Shown here: in pieces, positions 39,101 through 54,537 of the stretch
How positions within the stretch are numbered: the stretch's first letter is position 1
How the letters are laid out: every line of letters starts with the position of its first letter
Source: Eledone cirrhosa
Taxonomy: Eukaryota
Assembly (NCBI GenBank): GCA_964016885.1
Contig: OZ024746.1
Location: 17,608,001 to 17,672,000 of the forward strand
Direction: 5' to 3'
DNA length: 64,000 bases
Notes under the pieces: model-generated
Databases searched by the model: none
What the model was told of the DNA's origin: nothing
What the model saw: the letters and a program-made list of their open reading frames with translations, nothing else
Position numbers and translations under genes: made by a program

Positions 39101-42100
39101 CTTAAGGACCACCAAATAATAGATCGAGGCATTCTGTCAAACACTTTTTCTAGGTCAACGAAAGCTAGGTATAGTAGCTTGTTTTTGGCTAAGAACTTCT
39201 CTTGTAGTTGCTTCACTAGGAAGTCTGCATCTGTTGTACTTTTCCCAGGCAAAAAAAACAAACTGCATCTCATCTAATTTGACTCTTTCTCTAATTAGTT
39301 GCACTAACTCTTTCCATCACTTTCATAACTTGCTTGGTCCATTAGTTTTATTCCTCTATAGTTACTCCTTTCTAGAGCATCAACTTTGCCCTTGTAGCAA
39401 TTTACATAATATATATATATATTACATACATATTACATATATTACGCACACACATATATTACATATATATTTGGTTTGCCAAATTTGGAGGTTGAGTCGC
39501 GAGTTGCTTTAGCAGGAATCCTGAGTGCAGGCTGGCAATCAGTTTGGGATGTTTGCTAAGTGTTTTGTGGACTGATTGGAGCAATACGGTCATATTTATG
39601 TGTATATTACACACACATACATTACATATATATTTGGTTTGCCAAATTTGGAGGTTGAGTCGCGAGTTGCTTTAGCAGGAATCCTGAGTGCAGGCTGGTA
39701 ATCAGTTTGGGATGTTTGCTAAGTGTTTTGTGGACTGATTGGAGCAATACGGTCTTATTTATGTGTATATTACACACACATACATTACATATATTACATA
39801 TCTATATTTATTACAGAGACATATATATATATTGCACATATTGCACATGTATTACATCTGTTTCAAGCCTTTGGTTTGAGAACATCTACCTTCCTCCCAC
39901 CAGTCTTGGAAGTCCTGAAAAGGGGTTAGAGACACTGCCTCCCTGCTTCTCACCAGTTTCGGGAGCCCTGAAAATGATCATAAATATTACCCCATTTCAT
40001 CCAAGAAAACAACAGACAAGGATCAAGGTGTGTGGTACATAACACTTTGACCCCGATTATAGGGGTCCTCTAATTAATCTAAAAACATCCTGAATGATAA
40101 AATAAAGTACCAGTCATGTACTGGGGTTGGTGTAATTGACTCTGATCCCCTAAAATTGCTGGCCTTGTGCCAATGTTTAGAAAGAATCCATCTAAAAATA
40201 TTTTGAATGATACATTGTTGTTGTTTACTTACTTTTCCTGTTTCAATCAAATTAGTTAACATGACTAATTTGGTGCAGTTTACTTGCCACAGCATTTGCC
40301 AAAAGTCCGTTATGATTGCTGAAGTGGGTCCTTGCGAAGCAATGTATTTCTTGGGCTTATTAAAACCCTACAAAGAAAGGAAAACCTATTATATAACATA
40401 GAATAAAGTGAGGGCTTTATAATATGAAGGTGTGTGGCTTAGTGGTTAGGGTGCTTGGTTCACAATCATAAAATCGTGAGTTCAATTCCTGGGCCAAATG
40501 TTGTGTTGAGTCCTTGAGCAAGACACTTTATTTCATGTTGCTTCAGTTCCCTCAGTAAGCAAAAAATGAGTTTTACCTGTATATCAAAGAGTTAGCCTTG
40601 TTGCATCCTATTTCATGCCGAATCTCCCTGAGAAGTACATTAAGTGTACATGTGTGTGGAATGTTCAGCTACTCCCATGCTAGTGTGACAACTGGAACAC
40701 TCATTAGAACTGATTGATGGCCAACATACAAACTTTATATAACATAGGATATACTCCAAACACAGATTGAAAGCATTCAGTAAATGAAAGCATTAACAAA
40801 TGGAGTTATATACAATAATGAAAGCATTAAAAAAATATTAAGATATTTTTTAATTGTATCATCATAATTGTATTCTACATAATGTAAAATGTACCTCGGC
40901 AAACTTTCATTAAAAATATGGATTATTTAGAAAATTATGAGCAAATAAAGATGTAGTTATACTACAGAAAGTTAGTTATATTACTCTCAAAATTTCTGAT
41001 TTTTTGCAAAATAATTTGAAAATCATAGACAGTGATTACTCCAAATTTTAGTTTATTTTCAAAATTAATGAAAACCAAAGTCAGTATTATTCATTAGGAA
41101 TATGATGATGAAAGGGTTAAAAGTATCTGTAAAATAAAAATTAATCAAAATTTAAGAAACACTTACATCGATGTAATTAGCGTTGATGTAGTCTGAATCA
41201 CTATCTTTACATTTCTCCAAAATCACTCGGGAATGATCATCTATAATACAATATTGATACATGATAATGATGAATAAAATATTTGTTAAAATAGGGGTCA
41301 GTACTTAAAATGACAGAACCCATAATACAATAGAGATACATTCATACTAGAATGATAGGACTGGGGCCTCTATCGTTAAAACTCTCAAGAAATTTTCTGA
41401 AATGCAACTTCGTGTAAGGGAGGTTAAACCTACAGGCATGTAAGGTGTGAGATGTAACATCAACATTGACACAAAGTCAAACATTTATGATACAGCTAAA
41501 ACTGCCCCAGGTTCTATGACACAAAATTGTTTATTTTAAAGTGTTTATACTTGTCTAAAAACCTTCATTCATAATTTCATATAAGAACATTTGTTATTAT
41601 TAAACACCATCTTAATAATGATAACATTAAATATATTCCTAAAACCTTCCAAATTCTTAATCATAGACAGTATCTTTCATTAGAAACATGGTAATGAAAG
41701 GATAAATGTCATAGGTAGTATTTTTCATTAGAAATATGATAAAGAAAAGGGTTAAAGACATAGGCAATGTCTTTCATTAGAAATATGATAATAATTGTTT
41801 CTACTTTAGGCACAAGGCCAGCAATTACCCAGTGCATTACTGGTACTTTATTTTATCGACCCCGTAAGGATGAAAGGCAAAGTCAACCTCGGCGGGATTT
41901 GAACTCAGTTCGTAAAGGGACGTAACACGCTGGAAAGCATGGCGTCCGACCCTCTACTGATACTGCCAATCCACCGCCCAGATAAATATGATAATAATAA
42001 GGGTTAAAGACATAGACAGTGTCTTTTATTAGAAGTATGGTAACAAAAGAGTTAACAGTATTCATGTTATATTGAATGACTAAAATGACTGTTCCCCGAT

Positions 42101-45100
42101 GTAATTACTGGTATCCGTATTGTTTATAATAAAATCTCCACTTACATGCAACAATATTTTTATATCTATTCTTTGCCTTATTTTCCTGCAGATTGGCAGC
42201 TTTGCACGTTGCCTCAGTATTCTGGGATAATCTCTGAAAATAATATTTAGAAATGAAAAATTATATATGTTTAGCTTGAGAATTTGAAAACAGTTTCTGA
42301 TATAATTAGTCCTTATTGTCTATTTTATATTCTGTTTACTGATTTATTTATTTTTGTACATGACCAAGGGCATTGAAGGGGGGGGGGGGGGGGGGGCACA
42401 GTTCAAATGTTCCTTGAAGGGGTCAATGAAGCATCAAATAATCCAGGAAGGGGGTCAATGATATAAAATATTTAGGGGTTTTTGCACATTATTTCAATGT
42501 ATTTATCTTCAAATATCTTCTACAAAAGATTATTACTAAAACAAAAATTGTCCATGGCTGGGAGATGAGGGGATTCCAGGAAGGAAGGGAATGATCTAAA
42601 AACATTTAGGGATTTCTATACATTATTACAATAGATTTTGCTGACTGTTCTTCATGACAATGTTTTTATGATATTGTCCATGGGGTGCAGTGTTGAGATA
42701 TACCACATAGACAGGGGTGTGTAATTTGCTCCTACACCCTTCCCCTTATTTTCATTATATATATATGTAATTTGTTTCTATAAAATTATTTACTTTCAAA
42801 TATCTCCTGCAAATGATTTACCAAATAACAAACAAAAAGAAAAAGATAAAGAAAAAAGGACAAAGAAAAAAAGAAATGATTTTATAAGAAGGTATTTACC
42901 CTGTATTCAGCCCCAAATCCCCCTTCAAAGTTTCGTTTGTTCTGTATATAGGCCTGAAGTTCATCAACTGGGATGGAGTCGGGAATTATAATATCGTTCT
43001 CACCAACATTCATATAAATAATTTCATCCTCACACTGGATATCAGCATTACTGCCATCTGGTGGGAAATAATGTCATAGTGATTATAGTGATGATAATGC
43101 TCATGTGATAGTGATAATGTTTACGTGATACTGATAATGTATTCTATAATGGTAATATTCATGTTATAGTGGTAATGCTTGTGATATAGTGATAATTGTT
43201 TCTACTTTTGGCACAAGGCCAGCAATTCTCCAGTACATTACTGGTACTTTATTTTATCGACCCCGTAAGGATGAAAGGCAAAGTTAACCTCAGTGGGATT
43301 TGAACTCAGAATGGCAAGGGCCGTAACTCTATGCGTCAAAGCATGGCGTCCGACCCTCTACCAATACTGTCAATCCACCGCCCTGGTAAAATAATATAGT
43401 GATATAGTGATAATGTTTATATGATAGTGATAATACAATTTAAAAAAATTCACTGAAAACTGTTAAAATATTTACTTGTTTTTGTAGTTACAGGTCATAA
43501 TTATTAATTACATAATAGTTCAATTTATGGATAAACATTAATTGAAAATTGATACATTTAGTAAAATTTACAATTTTATTTGATCAACAAAATTTTAAGT
43601 TATTAGATTGGATGTTATATTATAGTGTAGGTGATTTAATGAATTACTGGTGGTGTTACCAAAAGGAGCACTCAATGTACAGGCAGAGTGTATAAAGAAA
43701 AACAATGAAGTTTCATTTACATGTATTTCGTTTTTTTTTTATTGTGTATGAACTTGTTACACGTGTTTCACAGAGGATTGGCTCAAGGTCACCCATAGAA
43801 GTTATGGACCTGACTCCATTATGGATTTACTCCTCAGACTGTTGATTCAACAAAAAGTACAGCTTTGTTGAATTACCAGTCTGAAGAACAGGTCCATAAT
43901 GGAGTCAGGTCCAAAACTTCTATGGGTGACCTTGAGCCAATCTTCTGTGAAACGTATGACACACAATAAGAACTAAATGCATGTAAATGAAACTTCATTG
44001 TTTTTGTTAATGTGTGTGTGTGCGTGCGTGTGTATACTTGTTGCATTGTCATGTTGTTGACAATTAAACCAGGAACTCCATAAAACCTTGGTGAGAAGGA
44101 GAATTTCAAGGCACCTTGCTGAATGAAAAACAAAGCCTGCCAAAGAGCAGATGAACTCACAAGAGTCATTGACCATCCAATTGTGTGCATATATGCATGT
44201 GTATATACATGTATATATACATATATATGTAATTACATGTGAGTATGTAAATCACACAATAGAATGATACTCTTACTTGAAACCTGTAGTGTTTCTAGTC
44301 ACTGGTGGCCAGGCCATCTCTGTAGCTGGTCTATAAGCTTCAAACACTCAAAGAATGTTACTCATGTCACACAAGTATTTGACACTAAGATTTGATGTGT
44401 CATTATTTTTCGAGGGTGAGTAAAGACTAGGATTTCTTGGAACCACAAACAGAAAGTGTGCCATTCATTGTGACAGACAGGGTATTTTGTACATCTCTGA
44501 TAATGAAATACTGCCACTTCTATAGTTTCCTTGATTGGGAGGGCACATAGAAAATGTTGTATGGGGGGATCAGTCACAATTCTCCATTCACTTTTGTGAC
44601 TATATTCTCCATTTCTCCATTAAGGTACCATTGGTGTCTACAAGATAGAGTCATAGTCTTGTCATTTTAGGACATAAGTTGGCCCTACTCATGTCAACAA
44701 CCACTCTGCTATTTCGCAGAATTAGTATATAAGTAGCTGAGTATTCCACAGACACATACACCCTTAATGCAATTCTTAGGGAGATTCAGCATGACATAGT
44801 CTGATACAGCTGACACCCTGAATCACAGATACAGTCTGTTCAATGGGCTTCTAAACATGCTACATAGTGAGTGTGAACATGAGATCCTCATGTTTCTGAA
44901 GCAAGTGTCTTAATCATTCACCTACATTGCATCCATGATGATATGATGATGATGATGATGACAGTAACATCAATGATGATGAAGAGGAGGATAACAGCAA
45001 TAGTCATGATAATGATGATGATGATAATAATGGGAATGACAACAATACTAACGATAACAATGATGATGATGATGATGATGATGATCAACTGGAACACTTT

Positions 45101-48100
45101 CCTCACCCATATGAGAAGGCAGTACCCTCCCCCTCCATGAACTTAAAAATAAATGGAAATCAAGCAGAAAAAAACCTGTGTGTTTATCTTACCAATTAAT
45201 AACAGGTGAGTTTTAACCACAGATACCTTCCAGGTGATTTAGAATAGTATATTGATATAGCCTGGTTGTGTATGTATCTTGTTTAGAATCGGTACACTGT
45301 GTCCCTGTATGTAATAAGGAGCAACTAAAATAGTTGGCAATAAGAAGGGCATCTAGCTGTAAAACATTGCAGGTCCCCTAAACTTTGAATTATAAACACC
45401 ATTTTATTATTATACTTTTTGACCCAAGTGATAAACAGCATTTTATTACTTCTGACAATTAGACTTTATCAATATGTATACATATATATATTTATATATA
45501 TAAGTAAGTATGTTTTGAAACAGTGAGCAAGTTTGAAATTAGAAATAGAATAGCTTTCACCGTATTTTTGACTAAAGAAATTTTAGCCTGATAATGGGGT
45601 TTAGAACCCTCAGATAAATGGAAAAAGATGAGTCAGTACTCATCTTTTTCCATTTATCTGAGGGTTCTAAACCCCATTATCAGGCTAAAATTTCTTTAGT
45701 CAAAAATACGGTGAAAGCTATTCTACTTCTAATTTATATATATGTATACTGACATACAGGTAGCTGAGGAAAGCCTGAAAAGGAAAGTTACTCCACACAA
45801 AACACTAAAGTCTTGTTAAGATGTTGGCAATCTTTGAACCATAGATGAAGTAAATAGAAGTTGTTTAATGAGCCGTAACAGCTGTAAATATAAAATCTCT
45901 GTCAAAATGGCAACAGTGTTGGGTTACAACTAGATTAATTATTACCACCGGCTTAATTATTTCATTAATTAACTAACGGCTGAAGCAAAGAGAGAAGAGA
46001 ACTTATTCAGAAACAAAACCATCATCATCGTCGTCATCAACAGAATCTACATCAACATCAAATGGAATAATTCCACATCTGCAGCAAATGGAATAATTCC
46101 AAATGTGGAATAAAAAAATAAAACAAAAAAACAACCATCGATCGTCATTTCAAAACTATCGTTGTAATCCATTCAAAATCAATCAACAAAATCATTTAAA
46201 ATCATTAACATCACTAGCAAAACAGGTAAAAAAATGAAGCCAAAATATATTTGAATACTAACGAATCACAAGCAAAATGAAATAACGAACTTTCTGGAAG
46301 AATAACCATCATCAGTGTCAGATTGAAACAGATTCAAATTCTTGGAAGATAATGGAAGTTTACTGTCATTTTAATTACGGGGATATTTTTATCCCGCCAT
46401 GGATTCTCTGTCACTTTTGATGATGATCATCCAGTCATTCAATCAACTGAAAGTCTTGTAGAGGAAGAACTAAAACTTTTCTTTCTCCCCTGCCCCCAAA
46501 GGATAGTCTTATATCCTCCTGAACTAACATCAAAGATGGAGAACTGAGAATGTTGATCGAAAACTATTTTTAAAAAAAATTACTGAATTGAGAACAGGAA
46601 AAGGCCCTTAACTCCTATTGGCATTGTAGGGGGCGCTATCCTGTATTGGGTATATTAAACCTGGTAGAGCCCATTTCTCTCCAAGTCTAAACACAGCTGG
46701 TTTCTTCCAGAGAAAGAGAGCAAGAGAAAATGATAAAGAGAGACAGAGAAGAAGAATCGACTCCAGTACATGACTGGTACTTTATTTATCAACCATGAAA
46801 GGATGAAAGGCAAAGTCAACCTCAGCAGGATTTGAACTCAGAGAGAGAGCAGAGAGCTGGAATGAATTCAGAGACATTTAATCTGATGCCTTAGCAACTC
46901 TGTCAATTCTCAATTCACTGCCTTTGAATTGATAAACTAAATAATATTGATTTCAAATAAATAATATTGATTTACAATAAATATTGATCCAGCATCAAAA
47001 GAACATGTTTATAAACTGACGATCTCTTGTAAATATGTGAGAAAACCAAACCATACCTAGAACCTCCATAATTCCAAATTGTAAACGTAAACCATGGTTT
47101 GATGAAGATTGCAGGGACGCTATAAAAGAGCGAAAAAAATAAGAAAAAAAACACAAACAAAAACAAAGGTGGGCAAAAAATCTTGAAACAAAGACATCGG
47201 ATATTTCTGTTCATCTGAAAAAATACAACAAAGGATCTCTAAACTGAGAAATAGACTTATAACATAACTAAAACACAAGTAATCTGTATAGAATATGGGG
47301 TGTTTTCTACAGTAAATAACCCACAAGATATTGTAAATATGATAAAATATGTTGTTTTCTATAGTGAGTAACCCATAAGATATTGTATATATAAAATATG
47401 TAATGAATATATGTTAAAACATGTGGTGTACACTATTATGAATAACTCACAAGATATTGTATATATGACAGAACATGGGGTGTACAATATATCACTGTTT
47501 GATGAATTTGTTTTCCACAGGCTTTATTGAGGTGAGAATAGATTTAGTAATAGATGTTAAACTGAATAGAAAAAATGGCAAGTATTTCATGAATAGAAAA
47601 TGTTGTTTTCTAAAGTAAATAATCCTATAAAACATGAAATATATGATAAAAGATGATGTGCACAAAATATTAATGTTTAATGAATTTGGTTTTTACAGGT
47701 TCTATTGAAGTGAGAAAGAATCTGGTAGTAGATGTTAAATTGTTTTTAACATTATTGTTTAGGTTCAAATAACACAAAACAAAATCATTTTACTTAGTTA
47801 TAAACAACAAGTCAGTGTTAACAGAAACTGGTACTAGGGTTACAAATTGTCAGTGTTAACAGAAACTGGTACTAGGACTACATATTGTCAGTGTTAACAG
47901 AAGCTGGTACTAGTCAATATGATCAGATACTAGTACTAGGACCAAATACAGTCAGTTTGTGTGAACAAATACTGGTACTAGAACTAGATACTGTCAGTCA
48001 ATGTTAGCATATACTGGTACTAATTTGAACACACCAGTCAATGAGATTCATACAAATCATTAAGTCCAAAATAGTAGAAAAAACCATTATTAATTTGATA

Positions 48101-50379
48101 AATATAATAGGCCTATTTGAAATTATCCTTTCAACTTCAGATTGTATTTAATCATAATATAATAAAATATGTACAAATACAGAATCAGCTTATTCCCAGG
48201 GTGGGTAAAATTTACCCCAGGGAGGTCAATTTCACCCAAAGAAGAAGAAAAAGGTTATTTTAATCTTTTTTGTTCGTTTGTAATTATGAAAGTTGAAATG
48301 ACCTGTTAATCTCAGTCCTCCATTAGTTTGATCAGACATCAAATGGTCTGATTCTTCAGCATGTTCAACTGTGCCCATAGCAAAGGCTTGTTCTGCCAGA
48401 AGTTTGGGAGGCTGTGTCTTTGGACTCCGAAAATATCTGCAGGAGAAAGAAAAAATGTAAAATAGATAAATATATTGAGTTTAGGGTGAAGGGAATTTTA
48501 TAACAAAAAAGACAATTCAAAACAGCAGAAATTAGTTTGGTATATTCATAAAAGATGAAAGATGCCATCACTGAATTTTATGTCAGTTTAACCACTCATG
48601 GGGAAGAACTTTGCCACAACCCAAGCACTCACCCATGACTGCCAGAGATGGAGTCAGTTAGTACAGTGTTCAGCACTGCAGTATCCCAATGACCCCAAAA
48701 GAGATTAGGCAACCATCATGATGATGATTAATCCCTCCTTACCAAACTGCCAGAAATCCAACTCTGATTTTATGAATCAAAAGTGTTCATATATCAAAAA
48801 CAACTTCCAACATAATTTTAAGTAAGAAACTTTGTTAAGTTATGTTCCAAACACCACTTAATAAAGGAAGTTAATTATATTACTAAATCCCTCCAAATTC
48901 CTCATTATTAAAAAAAAAGATTTGTAAATCATAGGCAGTGTAAGTTAGTTATGATAGAGTTAAAATTGACTAAAGAAATATGCATTTTCTGTTTCATCAT
49001 TTCTGTTTGGTTTAGAACAATTATATTCAAACATGAAATTATGGCTGTAGTCTACGATAATGGTTTTTAATTTAGGCACAAGGCCAAGAACTTTGAGGGG
49101 AAAGGGGAAAGTCAATTACATTGACCACAATATTTTACTGGGAAATGGGTTTATCAACTTCAGAAAGATGAAAGGGATGAAAAGTAACGTTGACCTCGGT
49201 GTGATTTGAACTCAAAACGTAATTGGCCATAACTAAATACTACAAAGCACTTTGTATGATACTCTCCCGATTCTGCGAATCCCCCACCTTCTAAATTTTA
49301 GCTGTTGCCTAAAATAATGTGGGGGGTGGTGGGGGTGGTGTGGAGAAATATATCTTTTCTAAAATATTTTAATCTTAGATGAATATATAATTGTTTCTAC
49401 TTTTGGCACAAGGCCAGCAATTACCCCATTGTATTACTGGTACTTTATTTTATCGACCCCATAAGGATGAAAGGCAAAGTTGACCTCGGTGGTATTTGAA
49501 CTCAGATCATAAAGGGGCGTAACTCTATGCTGCAAAGCAGGATGTCCGACGCTCTGTCCAATATTGGCATTCCAACAAAGCCATCGCTATAGCAACAGAA
49601 GTATTTTTGTTAGAGGTGCCTACTGACTGAAGGTTTCGCTTTGTACTTAGGCAAGGCGAGTCTTCTGTATTACTGTGTAGTGCCAAAGATCTCGGTCCAG
49701 TGACATTGTCTTGGAGAGGTGTAAGGGTGTGAGGTCGGAATTTATCAAGTCGTCCCAGGTTTTTCTAGGTCTGCCTCTTCCGTGGCTACCGTCTATTTTT
49801 ATCGCCCTGCACTTTTTTATACAGCTGTTGTCTTTCATGCGCATCACGTGACCATACCAACGTAATCTTCTCTCGAGTAAACAACATCTGACCCCTCTTA
49901 TTCCTAATTTCTCCCTTAGTTTGTTTATGCTTTGCCGTTCACGTATATTACTATTACACATCCAGCGGAGCATGCAAGCATCGTTCCTCTCCAGTCTGCG
50001 TATATCCTCTGCACACAATGCCCAAGTCTCACTGCCATGTAACATTGCTGTTCGTATGCAGGCATCATACAGCCTGCCTTTCAGTTTTAGGGAGAACCCT
50101 TTAGCGGCCAATAGTGGTATAAGCTCTCTGAACTTTTTCCATCTCGTTCTGACTCTAGCTACTGTACTTTCAGAGCACCCTCCCCCACTGCTGATTTTGT
50201 CACCCAGGTAACAGAAAGTGTCCACTATTTCTATAGAACCATCATCATCATCTGATGATGATGATGAATATACATCATCTATCATACACAACATACATCA
50301 CATATAATATATATCATACACAATATACATCACATTTAATATATTTCATACACAATATACATCACATATAATCTATCTA

Positions 50380-50426
<47 letters not shown>

Positions 50427-53400
50427 TATAAAGGTCATCCAGCCATAGGAACCAGACCAAAATAGAAATATGAGCCAAACAGTTGTCAGACAAGACTTGT
50501 CTCAGAGTGTGACAACCCATCTAACCCATGGAAGTATAGAAAATATATGTAAAACCAGGATGATGATGATGATGATGATAAGTCTTTATCAACTGCCCCC
50601 CCGCTGTCTCTGAGTCGCCCAACTATTTCTCTGTTAGTCAAACATCACATCACCCATGTAAGGATGGATGACATTGCTCTGTCTCTATTCAATCCTGATT
50701 ACCATCACCATTCTCTCTTGTTATCCTTCTCTCCCCTTGCAGCGCTATCTTCTTGCTCTCTCTCAAACATTATTTCTATCACCCATTGTTCACCTCTCTC
50801 TCATCATGCTACCTCTTCTCCATCTCTCTGCTTCCCTTCTACCACTCCCCCATCTGACCATCATGCCATCCAGGCAGTTATCCTATTCAATTTCATTACT
50901 AACAACCAATATATAGCTGCCTACCACTGTTCCTCTTCCATTTATTTCCTCCTCTATCACACTCCTGTTGCTACTACTTTATTTTTCCTATCTGATTCTC
51001 TCCCCCTCTCTCTCTCCTATCACCCTCTCACCATAGTTCTCTCTCATTCATCTCTTGCTCTCCTGTTCACACTCTCAGTCATGTTTTCTTCAATGAACAA
51101 AAATAATACACACACACCCATATATGCATATGTATACACAAACACACACAAATACACACTGATACATATAAAAATGTGGTTTCAGTAAATTTTTTCATTA
51201 CAAATATATGGAAAAGTGAAATAAATATTGAAGATTGTACCGGAAGCACAAGACACATAATATGAGGATGGTGATATTTGCCACAAGGGCTGCAGTTAGG
51301 ATATGAAACATGTCAAGCTGGGATTGTTCTCCACTTTGTATAACTGAAAATATAGAAAACAGTAAAAACATGTTCAGAACTGAAGCTAACAGAAACAGTT
51401 ACGTAACAATATATTACATAGAAAATATACAATATTACAACTCCATTAGAATATTTAATTAATTAATTAATTTACCCTTTTGTGAGTGTATTTCAAATGT
51501 AATACTGTTTCAATTAATTAATTGTTTCTACAAGGCCAGCAATTACCCAGTGCATTACTGGTACTTTATTTTATCGACCCAGTAAGGATGAAAGGCAAAG
51601 TCAACCTCGGCGGGATTTGAACTCAGATCATAAAGGGACGTAACTATGCTGGAAAGCATGGCGTCCGACGCTCTACCGATACTGCCAATCCACTGCCACT
51701 TTTCAATTAATTAATGATGAATTTTAAGGAAATTTTGAGACACAAGTGAGAGAAACTCCTGTGATAAGTATGAAGACTACTCTAGGTGACTTAAATCAAT
51801 AAAGTGGGTGGTGATTGGAAGGGCATCTAGCCTTAGAAAACTTGCCAAACAAAGGATTATGGGACCCATCATTTGTATCAAAGACATGACAACCTCTCCT
51901 GTGCACTCAGAGTAATAGTGTGATGGTATGACTGAATTTTTGTACTCTCTAAAGTACAGTGACGCTGGAGTAACAGTGAAATGGTATGGTTGGATTATCA
52001 GAAAGTTTTCATGACTGAAAACAGAGCAAATAAAAAAGCATGTGTGTATTCAGCCATTTTGGAGATAATTTTTTCTTACCTTTTGAACAATGTGTTCCTG
52101 TGTACCCAAGAATGCAACCTTCTAAGCAGGATCCATTGAAATGCTGACATGTTTGGTTATAACAGGTGTGGTTACACTTCTTGGAACAATCTTGTCCAAA
52201 GTATGTACGAGGACAGGCTGTGAAATTGATTAAAAAAAAAACAATTAAGAAACAAGCATATTTCTTTGAAATTAAACTGAAAGTAATATTTAACTTGTAA
52301 GAATATAAATAGCTTCCTTAACATTTTTGATAGCAACCCATCTGAAACCACTCCTAGTTCTATGAATAAAAGAAATGTCTGTTTTAAAGTATTCATGTTC
52401 AGATTTAAATTTTTCATGATTATTTATTGGCAATATCGGTAGAGTACCAGACACCATGCTTTGTAGCATAGGGTTATGGCACTTTATGTCCTAACTTCAA
52501 ATCTCGTTGAGGTTAGCTTTGCTTTTCATCCTCATAGGGTCGATAAAATAAAGTACCAGTAATGAACTGGGGTTGATTTAATCGACTTTCCCCTTCCCCA
52601 AAATGCTGGCCTTGTGCCTATAGTAGAAATCATTATTTTTTTGTAAGAACGGTGGATTGGCAGTATCGGTAGAGGGTCGGACGCCATGCTTTCCAGCACA
52701 GTTACGTCCCTTTACGATCTGAGTTCATAAAGTACCAGTAATGCACTGGCCTTGTGCCTAAAGTAGAAACAATTATTTTTTTGTAAGAACGTTTTTCTCA
52801 AGTTATCTTCTAAACACCAACATAATTTTTAATTTCAGCATGAGGCCAGCAATATGTGGAAGAGGAGAAAGTTGATTATATCAACTTTAGTACTTGTCTT
52901 GTATTCTATTTTATTGAGCCCAGAAGGATGAAAGACAAAGTTAACCTCAGTGGGACTCAGTTGAATCAACACAGATAGAAAAAAACAAATACAGCAATGC
53001 ATTCTATTCAAGGAGCTAACGACCCTGTCAATTCACTGTCCTAAACACCAACTTAATAATGGTTTCTTATTTAGGAACTAGACCAATAATTTTGTGTGGG
53101 GGGGGGGGGGGGGGGAGCAGTTAATTAAATTGACCTCAGTGCATTACATCTACTTTATTTTATTGACCCTTTAATGATGGAAGGTAAAAGTAACCTCAGC
53201 TGGATTTAAACTCAGAATATAAAGCATCTTGTCTGATTCTCTACCAATACTGCCAATCCACATCAATTTAATAATGAGAAAATTAATTATATTACTAAAT
53301 CCTTCCAACTTTTTGATTTAAAAAAAAACAATTAATTAAAAATCATAGTCAGTATATTTCATTAGAAATATTGTAATGAAAGAGTTAATTAGTGAGAAAG

Positions 53401-54506
53401 TTTAATACCTTTAGAGGTAGTGTGCTTCCCGCTCCTGTTCTTGAATCAGCACTCTACTGTGCTAAGTTTAATCCTATCTTGCTAATTAACAGTAGTATTT
53501 ACATATTGTATATACCTCCATATATCCTTTATTATGAACCACCCTACTGCTAATTAATCCTAGCTGATCAAGCTCACACAATATGCAAATGACCATCTCT
53601 AGCCGATGTTTCACATGTAAAAATGTATATAAGCTATAGCTTATTCTTGTCTCAGTACCGAGTGAGTAAACCTCACCACTGAAAGATAAAAATCTAGAAA
53701 CTACTGGCTGACATTCTCACACAGCTACTAAGATAGCTGTAACATGATCACAGCTTAAAACATTCATAGCAAGACTCTTGTTTGTTTATTATACATAAAC
53801 ATAATATATATACTTTCATATACACCCCTAGTTTCTAGGTAGGACATAGTGGATCTAAGCTAAGACACCCCACTGCTATTAGAAGCCAAGTATACTTATA
53901 TCACCTGTTGGTTGTAATTCCTGGCAGAAATATTATTGCTTTTCTAATGATAGGAGTCCAGATTTGAACTAAAAACAGAGTTGGAACAAATTTTGTAAAG
54001 CATCCCGTCTAATTCTTTAACTATTCAGCCAATAACCCCTCTTCCCCCCGTAGACAGGCACTTTATTTTCTGACCCTGAAAGGGTGAAAGGTAAAGTTGA
54101 CTTCAACAAAATTTGAACTCAGGGTGCAGAGATCTAGAACCAATACTGTGATATATGATTTGACACACTAACAACACTGCCAACTCACCACCTTGTAAGA
54201 ACAATAGAAATATATATATACAAATATACCTCTTCGCTCCCTGTCCCCACCCTTTGTGTACCATAACTAAACAGAGTAATAAGTTACAAACCTGTGATAC
54301 AAAGTGGGTTTAGGTAGCCTGGTTCACAACCTTTATTACAAAATCCTGTGATGTGATTACATCTGCCATCTACACAATGTTCACTACACATTGTCATACA
54401 GCCACTGCCATAAAATGGATGTTCACAAGCTGAAATAATACAAAATATATTAATTATATCATTTATTGAACAAGATTTTATTCCAAATCACTCGGTGTCA
54501 TGATAT

Positions 54507-54537
<31 letters not shown>

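Noticed and set aside
39910-39990. CTGAAAA-GGGG...CCCT-GAAA-ATGATCAT motif
   Set aside because: C3-A8 mismatch, stem III out of register, no stem I
44277-44345. Extra RPTP exon ending at the gtaag donor at 44276
   Set aside because: The frame required by neighbouring phase-1 junctions contains TGA
47010-47050. CTGACGA...GAAA hammerhead
   Set aside because: Stem II only ~2 bp in register, and no stem III or stem I pairing
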